Notes: generated by a model not told the origin, from the sequence alone. A stretch of DNA of 38,525 nt from a candidate division WOR-3 bacterium (GCA_965649055.1 CBFGJG010000017.1:1-38525); one strand, 5' to 3'. Positions 1 to 9,706 are shown, counted from the first letter of the stretch. Program-made: numbers and translations.

Positions 1-207
1 TGATATACCAGCATATAAGAAATCTGTCTCAAAATATTCAAAGAAAACCCATGTAGGACTGGAAGGACTCTTTGGATACTTTGTAATTGTAATTAATTTT
101 GCCTCTGGATGCCTTTTAACTGCCTCAATGAACATCCTCTTTATCTCTTCATACCTTGGATGTTCTCTTACATTATAACCTACCATAAAAACAAACATCA
201 AAAACAT
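1..207 (-). CDS. Hypothetical protein, 5' part only (runs off the window edge)
   Basis: Not in the ORF track. GGAGG SD at 218-214, ATG at 207, then an open frame to base 1: MFLMFVFMVGYNVREHPRYEEIKRMFIEAVKRHPEAK... Confidence 0.7.
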   Translation of the reverse strand, partial: MFLMFVFMVGYNVREHPRYEEIKRMFIEAVKRHPEAKLITITKYPKSPSSPTWVFFEYFETDFLYAGIS

Positions 208-252
208 TTTAAACCTCCCTTTTTAATTTTAAGTTTTCAATCCCTTTTATTT

Positions 253-288
253 TCCCCTTTGCATCCTCGGACGAAGGTGCAAAGGGGA
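253..288. repeat. GC-rich inverted repeat / hairpin
   Basis: TCCCCTTTGCA (253-263) pairs with TGCAAAGGGGA (278-288), with further imperfect pairing inside; no clean poly-U tail on either strand. Confidence 0.75.
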
Positions 289-866
289 TTAAATAAATTT
301 TATCCTCCTTATTAAAATATATATCTTTCCTGGATTCCTTAATATGCATTCAAATGATAAAACTTCTTCTCAAGAGAGAGTTTATTTTATTTTTGCTTTT
401 GATGAAACTGATAAGCATATTTTATTTATAAATAAAAAATATAATCCTGTCAAGGATAAAATGAAAAAATCTTGGAAAAGATCATGCACATGGTGGTACA
501 GTTAAGATAGTGAAGATAGGGGTTATGAACTTGCAGAAAATAATTTTTTAAGTTAAATAACTCTAAAATAAGAAGTGGGAGATGACTTATGAAGCGATAG
601 CAAATTATATACAAGAAGAATTTGATTTATTATTATGAATACAGGTCATATTGAAAAACAGCGAAGGAGTTCGGGAGGTAATATAAAACCAGTGATTAAA
701 GTTTTAGACAAAATTTAAATCTTTACTATAATAAATTGTACCATCATGTCCCTGATCTTCCCGAAAATCGTTAATTTTCTACAAAAATTAAAAACTATAT
801 GACATTTATTTTTAGTAATATTATATGACATTAAAAAATAGTATCCACACACAAATATAAAATTAG

Positions 867-894
867 TTGAAAATTTTCTTGATTAAATTATAAT
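867..894 (+). promoter_or_regulatory. Sigma70-like promoter of the UbiA operon (near-leaderless)
   Basis: TTGAAA-N16-TATAAT; ATG 8 nt downstream; no SD. Confidence 0.6.
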
Positions 895-902
895 ATGAAA
901 TT

Positions 903-1796
903 ATGAAGAATAGTTTGATTAGAAAAATATTCCAATACCAGAAAGAAAGATTTCCATTTGTAGTAAATAGTGTTTTTATACTATTGTATTATTTTGGTTT
1001 TCAGAATTTAATAATTTTCAGGACAAATCAACAATTCATTTTTAATATTGAACAATTGGCAGGTTATATAAGTATTTTTCTCGTATTTTTAGAATTAAGG
1101 CTTATTGACGAGATAAAGGATTTTAAAACTGATAGTTTATATGCTAAAGAAAGACCTGTCCAGAGAGGTATTATAACACTTGGTGAGATTAAATTAACTA
1201 TTTCTTTTTTGCTTTTATTTCTTTTTTCACTGAATATTTTTCTTGGCCTAAAAGAATTCATTGGTTTCCTTACTATACAGATTTTTATATTCATTATGTT
1301 TAAAGAATTTTTCATAGGTGAAAAGATAAAGAGAAATAGACTGATTTATGCTTCATTACATATGATTGTTATGGTCATCTTTATTTTCTATATATCAATC
1401 TTTGCAGGAGTATCGCCTTTTATAAAAAATAACCTAATAATATATGCACTATCTTATCTTTCAGGGTTTATAATTGAAATAGGAAGGAAGATAGAAGCAC
1501 CTATAAATGAAAAAGAAGGCGTGGATAATTACTCAAAACTTTTGGGACCAAAAGGTGCGTCAATCTTGCTTTTATCATTATCCCTTATTTACAGTATAAT
1601 TTCAATTATGAATATAATTAAAAAAAATATATTATTTATAATACCTCTGGTTTTAATTCTTCTTATAGTATTAATAACAGGATTTATTTTTGTTATTAGT
1701 TTAACCCCCAAATCCCAGAAAAATATGAGCTTATCAACACAGGTTTTACTTATGATTTCATTCATTCTCTTCATAATACTACCCTCAAGAGGATAA
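903..1796 (+). CDS. UbiA-family prenyltransferase-like membrane protein
   Basis: Multi-TM protein with Asp-rich LRLIDEIKDFKTD...ERPVQRG motif and a second EIGRK...GVDNYS motif. Confidence 0.75.
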   Translation: MKNSLIRKIFQYQKERFPFVVNSVFILLYYFGFQNLIIFRTNQQFIFNIEQLAGYISIFLVFLELRLIDEIKDFKTDSLYAKERPVQRGIITLGEIKLTISFLLLFLFSLNIFLGLKEFIGFLTIQIFIFIMFKEFFIGEKIKRNRLIYASLHMIVMVIFIFYISIFAGVSPFIKNNLIIYALSYLSGFIIEIGRKIEAPINEKEGVDNYSKLLGPKGASILLLSLSLIYSIISIMNIIKKNILFIIPLVLILLIVLITGFIFVISLTPKSQKNMSLSTQVLLMISFILFIILPSRG

Positions 1797-4391
1797 ATGT
1801 TATTAAGTTATAGCAGAATAAAGAGAAAACATTTAATGATTGTCGGTAATAAGGCATATAACCTGCACATTCTTATTAAAAATAATATCCCTGTTCCTGA
1901 ATGGTTTGTTATACCATCTAATTATTTTGAATACTTCTTCAAGAAATATTTTAGGGAAATAAAATCCCTCATTGATTCAGAAATAAAAGAAGAAATGGTA
2001 TACAATGAGATATTAAAAATTATTGAAGGTGAAAAAGATTGGTTTTTGAGAAAGATCTCACCATTTGAAGAGGAAATAAAAAAACTAAAACCTGTAAGTA
2101 TTAGATCTTCAGGTATATTTGAAGATATTTCTGGTGCTTCATTTGCCGGTCAATTCTCTTCATTTTTAAATATAAATAAAGATTTTCATGAATATATTAT
2201 AAAATGTCTTGCATCCATTTTTAATCCGCAGAATATAGTTTATCATAGGAAAAAAGATATAGATATAACAAAAAACAGAATCGCAATCATCATACAGAAG
2301 ATGATAGATGCAGATAAATCAGGTGTTATATTTTCATCACATCCGGAAACTGGTGAAGATATGAAGATTATAAATGCAACATATGGACTTGGTGAAGGCG
2401 TTGTTTCAGGAAAATTCGAAACAGATACATATATAATATATAAAGGTGGGAAGATTGAGGCTAAAATCGGTAAAAAGAAAAATATTGTAAAATTAGATAT
2501 AATTAATGGTGTAAAAATCGTTAATCTGGATAATTCTACAAGCCAAAAACCATGTCTTAATAATGAAGAGATAGAAAGTCTATGTAATGTTGCTGATAGA
2601 ATTCAAGAAATTTATGGATATCCACAGGACATAGAATTTGCAATAAAGGATAATAATATATTTATCCTCCAGACAAGACCAGTAACAACAATAAAAGAAA
2701 GATTTATCTGGGATAATTCAAATATTATTGAAAGTTTTCCTGAACTTACTACACCACTAACTTTTTCATTTGCAAATGAAGTTTATTCAATCGTGTATAA
2801 GATAGTTATGAAGAGTTTAGGAGTAAGTGAAAAAATACTTGAAGAGAAATCTTATATATTCAAAAATATGATTGGATTTATTAATAACAGGATTTATTAC
2901 TCGCTTGAAAGCTGGTATACTACACTTTCTTTTCTGCCTGCATACTCTTCAAATAAAAGATTTATGGAAGTAATGATGGGAGTGAAGAAGGAATATAAAG
3001 AAAAAAATAAAATTCAATACACTGGGATTAAAGGTATTTACGATACCCTGAATGTAATTTTAAGGATGCTTTTTAATTTTATCATGCATGATAGGAATAT
3101 CAAGAAGTTCACAAAAATATACAATGATGGAATGGATTATTTTGAAAGAATGTTGAAGAGAAATTTATCACTCAAAGAATATACGATTTTGTTTGAAGAA
3201 ATGAAGAAAAGAATTCTGTATAGATGGATTGCACCTATAAACAATGATATCTTTACAATGATTTTCTACGGGATATTCAAAAAATATATATCAGAACTTT
3301 TAAAAGATGAAAATACTTCAATATATAATCAATTACTATCAAAAGATGAAGATATGGGAAGTATCACAGTCGGTGAATTCCTTTTAAAAATTGCCGAAGA
3401 GATTAAAAAGATACCTGAAATGAAGAAAATTTTAATAGAAGGTAAAAAGGAGAGATTCTTCAACGAAATAGAAAATTATGAAAAGCTTGATAAATTGTTC
3501 AAAGAGTATCTAAAAAAGTATGGATACAGGTCTTGTAACGAACTCAAACTTGAAGTGCCAAATATAAAAGAAGAACCTTCAAAATTACTTAACATATTGA
3601 AGAATATGGTTGAAAAAGATGTTTATGATAAATCCCGAAAATCAGACATATATAAATCTGCTGAAAGAACTGTTTTAAGAGTAATTTATTCAAAGCCTTT
3701 CCCTTTTAATACATTTCATCTGATATTCTTCAAATTCCTGTTAAAAACTACTAAAAAAATGATAAGATTCAGAGAAAACCAGAGGCTTGCAAGGAGCAAT
3801 ATCTTCGGTTGTGTAAGGGAATTGTTTTTAAAAATTGGAGAAGAATTTGAGAAGAACAGGATTATAAATAAAAGGGATGATATTTTTTTCATTTCACACA
3901 ATGAAATTTTTTCCTATATCTTTGGAACATCGTTAAATACAGATTTAAAGAAATTGATTATGTTAAGAAAGAAGGAATTTGAAGAAAACAAAAATAAAAA
4001 ATTACCTGAAAGATTTACAACATTTATCCCACCATATAGTATCTTGAATACTTTAAAAGAAAAAGAAAAAATAGAAGAATTAAGAGGGATTGGTTGTTCA
4101 TCTGGTATTGTGAAAGGAAAAGTCCAGATTGTTGAAGACCCATACAAAGATGATATTAAAGGTGATATTATGGTTGCATCACAGACAGACCCGGGATGGC
4201 TTCCAATATTTACTCTTTTTAAAGGTATCATAATTGAAAGGGGCAGTTTACTTTCACATTCTGCAATTGTTGCAAGGGAATTGGGTATTCCAGCAGTAAT
4301 AGGTGTAAGGAATGCAAAGATGTTGCTAAAAAACAACGATCTTGTTGAGATAGATGGTGGTTCAGGAACTATAAAGATACTAAGAGGGTAA
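1797..4391 (+). CDS. PEP-synthase-like dikinase with rifampin phosphotransferase (RPH) architecture
   Basis: N-terminal ATP-grasp (GNKA, SIRSS, EDISGASFAGQ, QDIEF, LQTRP), large central domain, C-terminal phospho-His swivel domain (TDPGW, GSLLSHSAIVARELGIPAV). Confidence 0.85.
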   Translation: MLLSYSRIKRKHLMIVGNKAYNLHILIKNNIPVPEWFVIPSNYFEYFFKKYFREIKSLIDSEIKEEMVYNEILKIIEGEKDWFLRKISPFEEEIKKLKPVSIRSSGIFEDISGASFAGQFSSFLNINKDFHEYIIKCLASIFNPQNIVYHRKKDIDITKNRIAIIIQKMIDADKSGVIFSSHPETGEDMKIINATYGLGEGVVSGKFETDTYIIYKGGKIEAKIGKKKNIVKLDIINGVKIVNLDNSTSQKPCLNNEEIESLCNVADRIQEIYGYPQDIEFAIKDNNIFILQTRPVTTIKERFIWDNSNIIESFPELTTPLTFSFANEVYSIVYKIVMKSLGVSEKILEEKSYIFKNMIGFINNRIYYSLESWYTTLSFLPAYSSNKRFMEVMMGVKKEYKEKNKIQYTGIKGIYDTLNVILRMLFNFIMHDRNIKKFTKIYNDGMDYFERMLKRNLSLKEYTILFEEMKKRILYRWIAPINNDIFTMIFYGIFKKYISELLKDENTSIYNQLLSKDEDMGSITVGEFLLKIAEEIKKIPEMKKILIEGKKERFFNEIENYEKLDKLFKEYLKKYGYRSCNELKLEVPNIKEEPSKLLNILKNMVEKDVYDKSRKSDIYKSAERTVLRVIYSKPFPFNTFHLIFFKFLLKTTKKMIRFRENQRLARSNIFGCVRELFLKIGEEFEKNRIINKRDDIFFISHNEIFSYIFGTSLNTDLKKLIMLRKKEFEENKNKKLPERFTTFIPPYSILNTLKEKEKIEELRGIGCSSGIVKGKVQIVEDPYKDDIKGDIMVASQTDPGWLPIFTLFKGIIIERGSLLSHSAIVARELGIPAVIGVRNAKMLLKNNDLVEIDGGSGTIKILRG

Positions 4392-4392
4392 A

Positions 4393-5292
4393 ATGGAAGA
4401 AATTTTCAAATATTATGATGAAAAGGATAAGGAACTATTTGAATCCTACAGAAAAAGAGGATATAAGATAATTCCAATCTTTTTTAACGAAGGTTCATTC
4501 ATAGCATATACAAAAAATTTAAATGATGAGATTATAGGGGGAATCGGGTTCATAAAACAAATCCAGAATTTTGAAGATTTCAAGAAAATGATAAATTCGG
4601 CTGAAAAATGGTTTAAAAATGAAGATGTAAAAAGGTATTTTATACCTTTAGATTTTAACACATGGCACAATTACAGAATAATATCAGGTAATTTTGAAAA
4701 TAAATTATTCCCGGGTGAGATGGAATATGATTTTTCAATGAATCAGTGGTTTTATAAAATAGGACTTACTATTGTTGAAAGATACTATTCATATATTGTG
4801 GATGATTACAAGGGTGTTATGGATTATCTTTCTCCTTCTTTAAAAAAGATTAAAGAAGAAGGGATTGTGTTAAAGAAAGTTAAACCCGATTTAGGAATAA
4901 TCAAATCAATATATGAAATATCCTGTAATGCATTCAAAGAAGCATTCTTATTTGAAGAGATTCAGTTTGACGAATTTTTGAAGATGAATCTCAATCGGAT
5001 TGAAAATGGAATCCTTATTTTAGCTTTCTTTCAAGATAATCCTGTTGGTTTTATATATGGTTATAGATGGAATGATATATTGATAGAAAAGACTGTTGCA
5101 GTCTTAAAAGAATATAGAAGGAAATTCGTAGGAACAGCTCTAATTTATAAAATGTATGAAGAAGGTCTTGAGATTGGTTGCAAGAGATTCATCCACGCCT
5201 TTATGAGAGAAGATATATCAACACACATCTTTTCAAAAAGATTTGGTAAAATCTACAGGGAATATTCATTATATGGGAAGGAACTTTTCTGA
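4393..5292 (+). CDS. GNAT-family N-acyltransferase
   Basis: C-terminal acyl-CoA-binding motif A (TVAVLKEYRRKFVGTAL); starts 1 nt after the upstream stop. Confidence 0.7.
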   Translation: MEEIFKYYDEKDKELFESYRKRGYKIIPIFFNEGSFIAYTKNLNDEIIGGIGFIKQIQNFEDFKKMINSAEKWFKNEDVKRYFIPLDFNTWHNYRIISGNFENKLFPGEMEYDFSMNQWFYKIGLTIVERYYSYIVDDYKGVMDYLSPSLKKIKEEGIVLKKVKPDLGIIKSIYEISCNAFKEAFLFEEIQFDEFLKMNLNRIENGILILAFFQDNPVGFIYGYRWNDILIEKTVAVLKEYRRKFVGTALIYKMYEEGLEIGCKRFIHAFMREDISTHIFSKRFGKIYREYSLYGKELF

Positions 5293-6619
5293 ATTAATTG
5301 ACGAATTTTTTTTAGATAAAAGGAAAGATGATAAAATTGCCTTGTATCAAAAGAGATTTTCAGGTTTAAAAACTATAACATTTTATGACTTTAAAAAATC
5401 TGTCTATGAAACATCACAAAAATTAAAAAACAGAGGATTAAATGAAAACGATAATGTTCTAATACTGCTTCCATTTTCGATAGAAATGTACGTCTCGGTT
5501 ATCTCTGTTTTAATAAATGGTGGGAATGTTTTTTTCATTGAACCATGGATGGATAAAAATTTTTTAAAGAAAATTATTGATGAGAATATAAAATTCGTAA
5601 TAACAGACATAAAAGGGGAAATATTTTTAAGAATGAATAATATAAAATCAAATTTCATACATATTGATTTAAAAAGTAATATTAATCCAAGGGATGTAAA
5701 TTTAAATATCAAATATGGAAGTATTATAACATTCACAACCGGTAGTTCTGGAATACCAACAATGGTTAAAAGGACTCATAAAGACCTTTATATACAATTG
5801 CAAAGGCTTGAAAGACATATAGAAGATGGTGATTTTGTAGATTTTGTTACATTTCCAAATCTTGTTCTATTAAATCTTTACAAAAAAAGAACCACTATAA
5901 TACCTTCAATATTTTTGAATTCACATTTCTTTGATTATGCATTAAATAAACTCAATCTTTCAAGAATATTTGTAAATCCATATTTTGGGGAAAATTTTTT
6001 AAGAAAAAGTATCTGTGATAAACTGAAGAAAATATATATAGGTGGTAGTATAGTTCCTGTAAGACTCTTGAATGAATTTTCTATAGCTGGAAAAACAAAG
6101 ATATTTTACGGATGCACACAGATTGAACCTATATCTGTTGTTTCAGGTAAAGATTATGTTGAATATTCAGTTGATGGATATTATCTTGGAAGAATAGAAA
6201 AAGACATAGATTATAAGATAGAATACATTGAAAAAGATATTGGCACATTATATGTAAGATTGAATGATGGTGAATGGGTGAATACAAAAGATGTAGTAAA
6301 GGTGGAAAAAGAGGGTATAAAAATAATTGGAAGAGAAATGGATATTTTTAAGATAAATGATAAATTCATATATCCCTATCTTTTACAAAGGAGGTTTGAA
6401 GATACTGTTAAGACTTTATTTCCAATAAAATATAATGAAGAACTTGTTATTGCTATAGAGGGGAATAAAAGTAAGGAAATTTATAAGAAAGTAGCGGAAA
6501 AAATAGAAGATATTTATGGTGTTAAACCGGTAGTTAAGTTTTTAAATAAAATACCAAAAGACCCAAGACAGAGGGGAAAAATTGATGTAAAGAAATTAAG
6601 AAAGATTATTATGACTTAA
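5273..6619 (+). CDS. AMP-binding (ANL superfamily) adenylating enzyme, OleC-like and divergent
   Basis: TFTTGSSGIP P-loop, IGGS, FYGCTQ, IIGR and C-terminal PKDPRQRGKID; ATG 5273 preferred over TTG 5243. Confidence 0.75.
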   Translation: MGRNFSELIDEFFLDKRKDDKIALYQKRFSGLKTITFYDFKKSVYETSQKLKNRGLNENDNVLILLPFSIEMYVSVISVLINGGNVFFIEPWMDKNFLKKIIDENIKFVITDIKGEIFLRMNNIKSNFIHIDLKSNINPRDVNLNIKYGSIITFTTGSSGIPTMVKRTHKDLYIQLQRLERHIEDGDFVDFVTFPNLVLLNLYKKRTTIIPSIFLNSHFFDYALNKLNLSRIFVNPYFGENFLRKSICDKLKKIYIGGSIVPVRLLNEFSIAGKTKIFYGCTQIEPISVVSGKDYVEYSVDGYYLGRIEKDIDYKIEYIEKDIGTLYVRLNDGEWVNTKDVVKVEKEGIKIIGREMDIFKINDKFIYPYLLQRRFEDTVKTLFPIKYNEELVIAIEGNKSKEIYKKVAEKIEDIYGVKPVVKFLNKIPKDPRQRGKIDVKKLRKIIMT

Positions 6620-7971
6620 AAAGCATCAACACTCTTTAATATTAAGAGAACAAGCGAAAATACAAGGACAATAAAATTTCTCAAATCCCTGTTAAAAGAA
6701 TATGATATCTCTCTATAAAGGATAGACCTTAAAAGGTAATAAAGAAAATCAGCAAAAAAATTAATTATAAAAAGAGCATATAATGTTTTAATATCAAAAC
6801 TATCAAAAATTAAATAGCATGGTAAAGAAATTACAAAGAAAGATATTACAGGTCCAAAATGCATAAATACCGATCTGTGTTTCTTAAAAAATCTACTAAT
6901 TATATTTCTATCAAGATAGAAATGACTCCATAAAAGAGAGAGATGGATTGATACAGAAGCAAGGTATATTGGATATAAAAATTTCTCAAGAGAAAAGAAG
7001 TTTGAAAGGAATACAAAAAACATAGGTATAAAAACAAGTTTTAACAATGGTCTTACCCTGAAAAGCCTCGGATCATCAGCTGGTTTTATCCTAAATATCA
7101 AATTCATAATCAGATAACCTATGAAAAATAAAAGTGTAGGTATATACCAGTTAAGACCACATAAAGCAAATGCAGCATAAGAGACTATTACTATTACTAT
7201 AAGACCACTTGCGCTTATATTCTTAAGTCTTATACTTAAAATTATACAGGAGATAAATATCGTTATCAATATAAGAACCTGAAGAAATACAATTTCCGTT
7301 GGTTTTGTTATTAATTTATAAAGCACGAAAAAAGTTCCAAGAGGAATTAAAAGATTATCAGAACCTTCCATAGAGACAGATTCAAGTGATGTTATAAGTA
7401 TGGCAACTACAAGGCTTATCCATATTGAATTTGCCCTGCTCACATTTGTATATATGAGAACAGGTATATGAACGATCAAAAATGTAATAAAGAAAAAAGT
7501 TATTGAACCTTCAAGTGTTTTCATATCGGTTTGGACTTTATATCTTAAATGTCCATAAATTTTTCCAATTATCGCAGCAAGAGGGTCTGATATCGCGAGG
7601 ACAAGTAGAGAAACAAGATAGATAATATAATTGTTTTTTGAAAGAACATATATTATAAAAAGAGATATGGGAAATAAAAATTCTCCCTTTGTCTCTCTCT
7701 CTACTCCACCTATTGAATCAAGCATCCTTTTTCTCTCTCCAATGAATAGTATGATTAAAAATGAAAACGCAAGAATGAATAATGTGATTGTATATTTGAA
7801 AATAAAGGGGAAAAATATACCGATTATTGCAGAAAGAAAATGAACACCTTTTCTTGTCCATTCTGTAGGGATTTTTGTCTTCCTGTGTATTACCTCTGAA
7901 ACTGAAAAAATGAGTAAATATATCACTGATACTATGATAGCAGTTGTAATTTCTCTTATTATTTCATTCAT
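6616..7971 (-). CDS. CTP-dependent phytol/dolichol kinase-like (cytidylyltransferase family) membrane protein with an extra C-terminal TM region
   Basis: EWTRKGVH, SDPLAAIIGKIYG, KTLEGS and GSDNLLIP motifs; the C-terminal half is weakly DUF92-like. Confidence 0.75.
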   Translation of the reverse strand: MNEIIREITTAIIVSVIYLLIFSVSEVIHRKTKIPTEWTRKGVHFLSAIIGIFFPFIFKYTITLFILAFSFLIILFIGERKRMLDSIGGVERETKGEFLFPISLFIIYVLSKNNYIIYLVSLLVLAISDPLAAIIGKIYGHLRYKVQTDMKTLEGSITFFFITFLIVHIPVLIYTNVSRANSIWISLVVAILITSLESVSMEGSDNLLIPLGTFFVLYKLITKPTEIVFLQVLILITIFISCIILSIRLKNISASGLIVIVIVSYAAFALCGLNWYIPTLLFFIGYLIMNLIFRIKPADDPRLFRVRPLLKLVFIPMFFVFLSNFFSLEKFLYPIYLASVSIHLSLLWSHFYLDRNIISRFFKKHRSVFMHFGPVISFFVISLPCYLIFDSFDIKTLYALFIINFFADFLYYLLRSILYREISYSFNRDLRNFIVLVFSLVLLILKSVDAF

Positions 7972-9035
7972 TTTTTTTCCTCAATTAAAATCCTTGAATA
8001 AAAAAAGGCTTTATCGTTTATCAAAAAATTATTAGCTTCTTCTATATGAGAAATAACAAATTTTCTGTATTCAGGTGGACATTCTCTTCTTGCAAGCATA
8101 TTTCTGTATACTATCTTTGCACCTTTCTTTGCACATTTTAATATCATACCATAAATCTTCTTAAATTCCTCATAACTCATGTATTCAAAAATATCAGAGA
8201 TATTGAAACCATCGTATTTCCGGTTTAAACAGGTTTCAACCGGGCCTAAAACAATTTCTATCCTATCTAATCTCTCTTTTATGATATCAAAATTTTCTTT
8301 TCTTAGATAAAATGGTAGCGTATATTTAAAATTACCATTCAGAATAAAGTCAACATATGGGTTTTCCTTTGCAGGAATATTCATTATACCTCTATCTACC
8401 CTCATTTTTATACTTTTTGCAACAGGTTCAGTCACATATTTAAAAAATTCCGGGTCTCTACCGAGGTTTCCCATAAGATATTTTCCGAAGAAAATCTGAA
8501 ACATCAGTTTCCACATAAAGTTATTCCAATCTTGTTTAAAAAATTCTATCCTTTCACTTTTTGAGTTTAACCTAAACATTTTATCTATTGTTTTTCTTGA
8601 ATGTATAAATGGTAAAACAAATTTCCTGAAAATTATGAAATACCTCTCAAATTTTCCTGTAAATATAATTCCTTCCTGAACAAGATGTTTATGATTATCC
8701 CAGTAATATTTTGCATCACCAATATCATCTTTTAGCATCTCATATTTATCAATCCTGTTTTTTGATGGTAATACTCCAAAGAATTCAAGAACCTCGTTGT
8801 ATTCAAGTTTTTTAAAAGCAGCAATCTTCAATTTAAAAAGCGCTATCTGTGCTGGGCTTAAATCAACACCAGTTATTTTCAAAGGATCCCTGACAAGCAT
8901 CCCAAGAGTATTATCACCACCAGAAATGATTGAAAGATATACACCGTCCTTTTTTATTTTTAATGATTCAAGTAGTATCTCTGTATCCTCCCAGCAGTTA
9001 GCATATCTTATTATCCCGAATTTTTCCTGTAACAT
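7968..9035 (-). CDS. DUF3419 / BtaA-like SAM-dependent 3-amino-3-carboxypropyl transferase
   Basis: RYANCWED, SIISGGDN, VDLSPAQ, GKFERYF and ISDIFEYM motifs. Confidence 0.8.
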   Translation of the reverse strand: MLQEKFGIIRYANCWEDTEILLESLKIKKDGVYLSIISGGDNTLGMLVRDPLKITGVDLSPAQIALFKLKIAAFKKLEYNEVLEFFGVLPSKNRIDKYEMLKDDIGDAKYYWDNHKHLVQEGIIFTGKFERYFIIFRKFVLPFIHSRKTIDKMFRLNSKSERIEFFKQDWNNFMWKLMFQIFFGKYLMGNLGRDPEFFKYVTEPVAKSIKMRVDRGIMNIPAKENPYVDFILNGNFKYTLPFYLRKENFDIIKERLDRIEIVLGPVETCLNRKYDGFNISDIFEYMSYEEFKKIYGMILKCAKKGAKIVYRNMLARRECPPEYRKFVISHIEEANNFLINDKAFFYSRILIEEKK

Positions 9036-9067
9036 AACAAAAATTCAAAATTTTACTATTCTGATTT

Positions 9068-9631
9068 TTATTTCATCGTCCTTTTTTCTTTTAATGTTTT
9101 AAGTGCATTTTTAATAGCCATCTCAAGTGTTTCTAATTTTCCATTAAGACTTTTACCAACACCCTTACTATAAAAAAGTATCTCACCAGTTGAAGTATCT
9201 ACAAGCCTTACAAAAACAATTCCTTCATAAGCATCTTCATCTTCAAAAAATTCATCTTTCTTAAGATGATTGACATCTGTTAAAAGAACTGCTTCTGCAC
9301 CAAGAAGTTTACCAACATTTGCAGCAGTTGAAGGGTCAATAGCACCTGTAAGTCCAAATGCCTGCTCATCAAGAATTTTATCTATAGCCTGCCTTTCAAT
9401 CAAAGAGAAACCATTAATTCCAAGAAGTTCAAGAGATATATAATCAGTTAACGATGATAATATTTTTTTATCACAGGCAGGTGCATTAGAAGATGCTGGT
9501 AAAACTGCAACTTTATAAAGTTTAAAAACATCAAAATTAGAAGAAAAGTTAGTATCAGCACCATATTTTTTAATGCTTCCCGAAGTAGCGCATCCTATTA
9601 AAATTGATAGTAATAATAAAATATACCTCAT
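9068..9631 (-). CDS. CsgG/HfaB-like lipoprotein
   Basis: Lipobox LIGC; ERQAIDKILDEQ...TGAID...VGKLLGAE and RLVDTSTGEI motifs; GGAGG SD. Confidence 0.75.
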   Translation of the reverse strand: MRYILLLLSILIGCATSGSIKKYGADTNFSSNFDVFKLYKVAVLPASSNAPACDKKILSSLTDYISLELLGINGFSLIERQAIDKILDEQAFGLTGAIDPSTAANVGKLLGAEAVLLTDVNHLKKDEFFEDEDAYEGIVFVRLVDTSTGEILFYSKGVGKSLNGKLETLEMAIKNALKTLKEKRTMK

Positions 9632-9649
9632 AAAACCTCCGTTTTTAAA

Positions 9650-9677
9650 ATTGTATATAGGGTGTTTTTTTAGTCAA
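9650..9677 (-). promoter_or_regulatory. Sigma70-like promoter
   Basis: TTGACT-N16-TACAAT upstream of the SD and ATG 9631. Confidence 0.65.
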
Positions 9678-9706
9678 GTTTTTTTAACCTTCTTATAATT
9701 TTATCT

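Noticed and set aside
109..315. 68-aa + strand ORF
   Set aside because: Shadow of the SD-led - strand gene and its leader; no SD or recognisable motif
460..718. Short coding-like stretches, possibly a pseudogene remnant
   Set aside because: Interrupted by stops and no family recognisable
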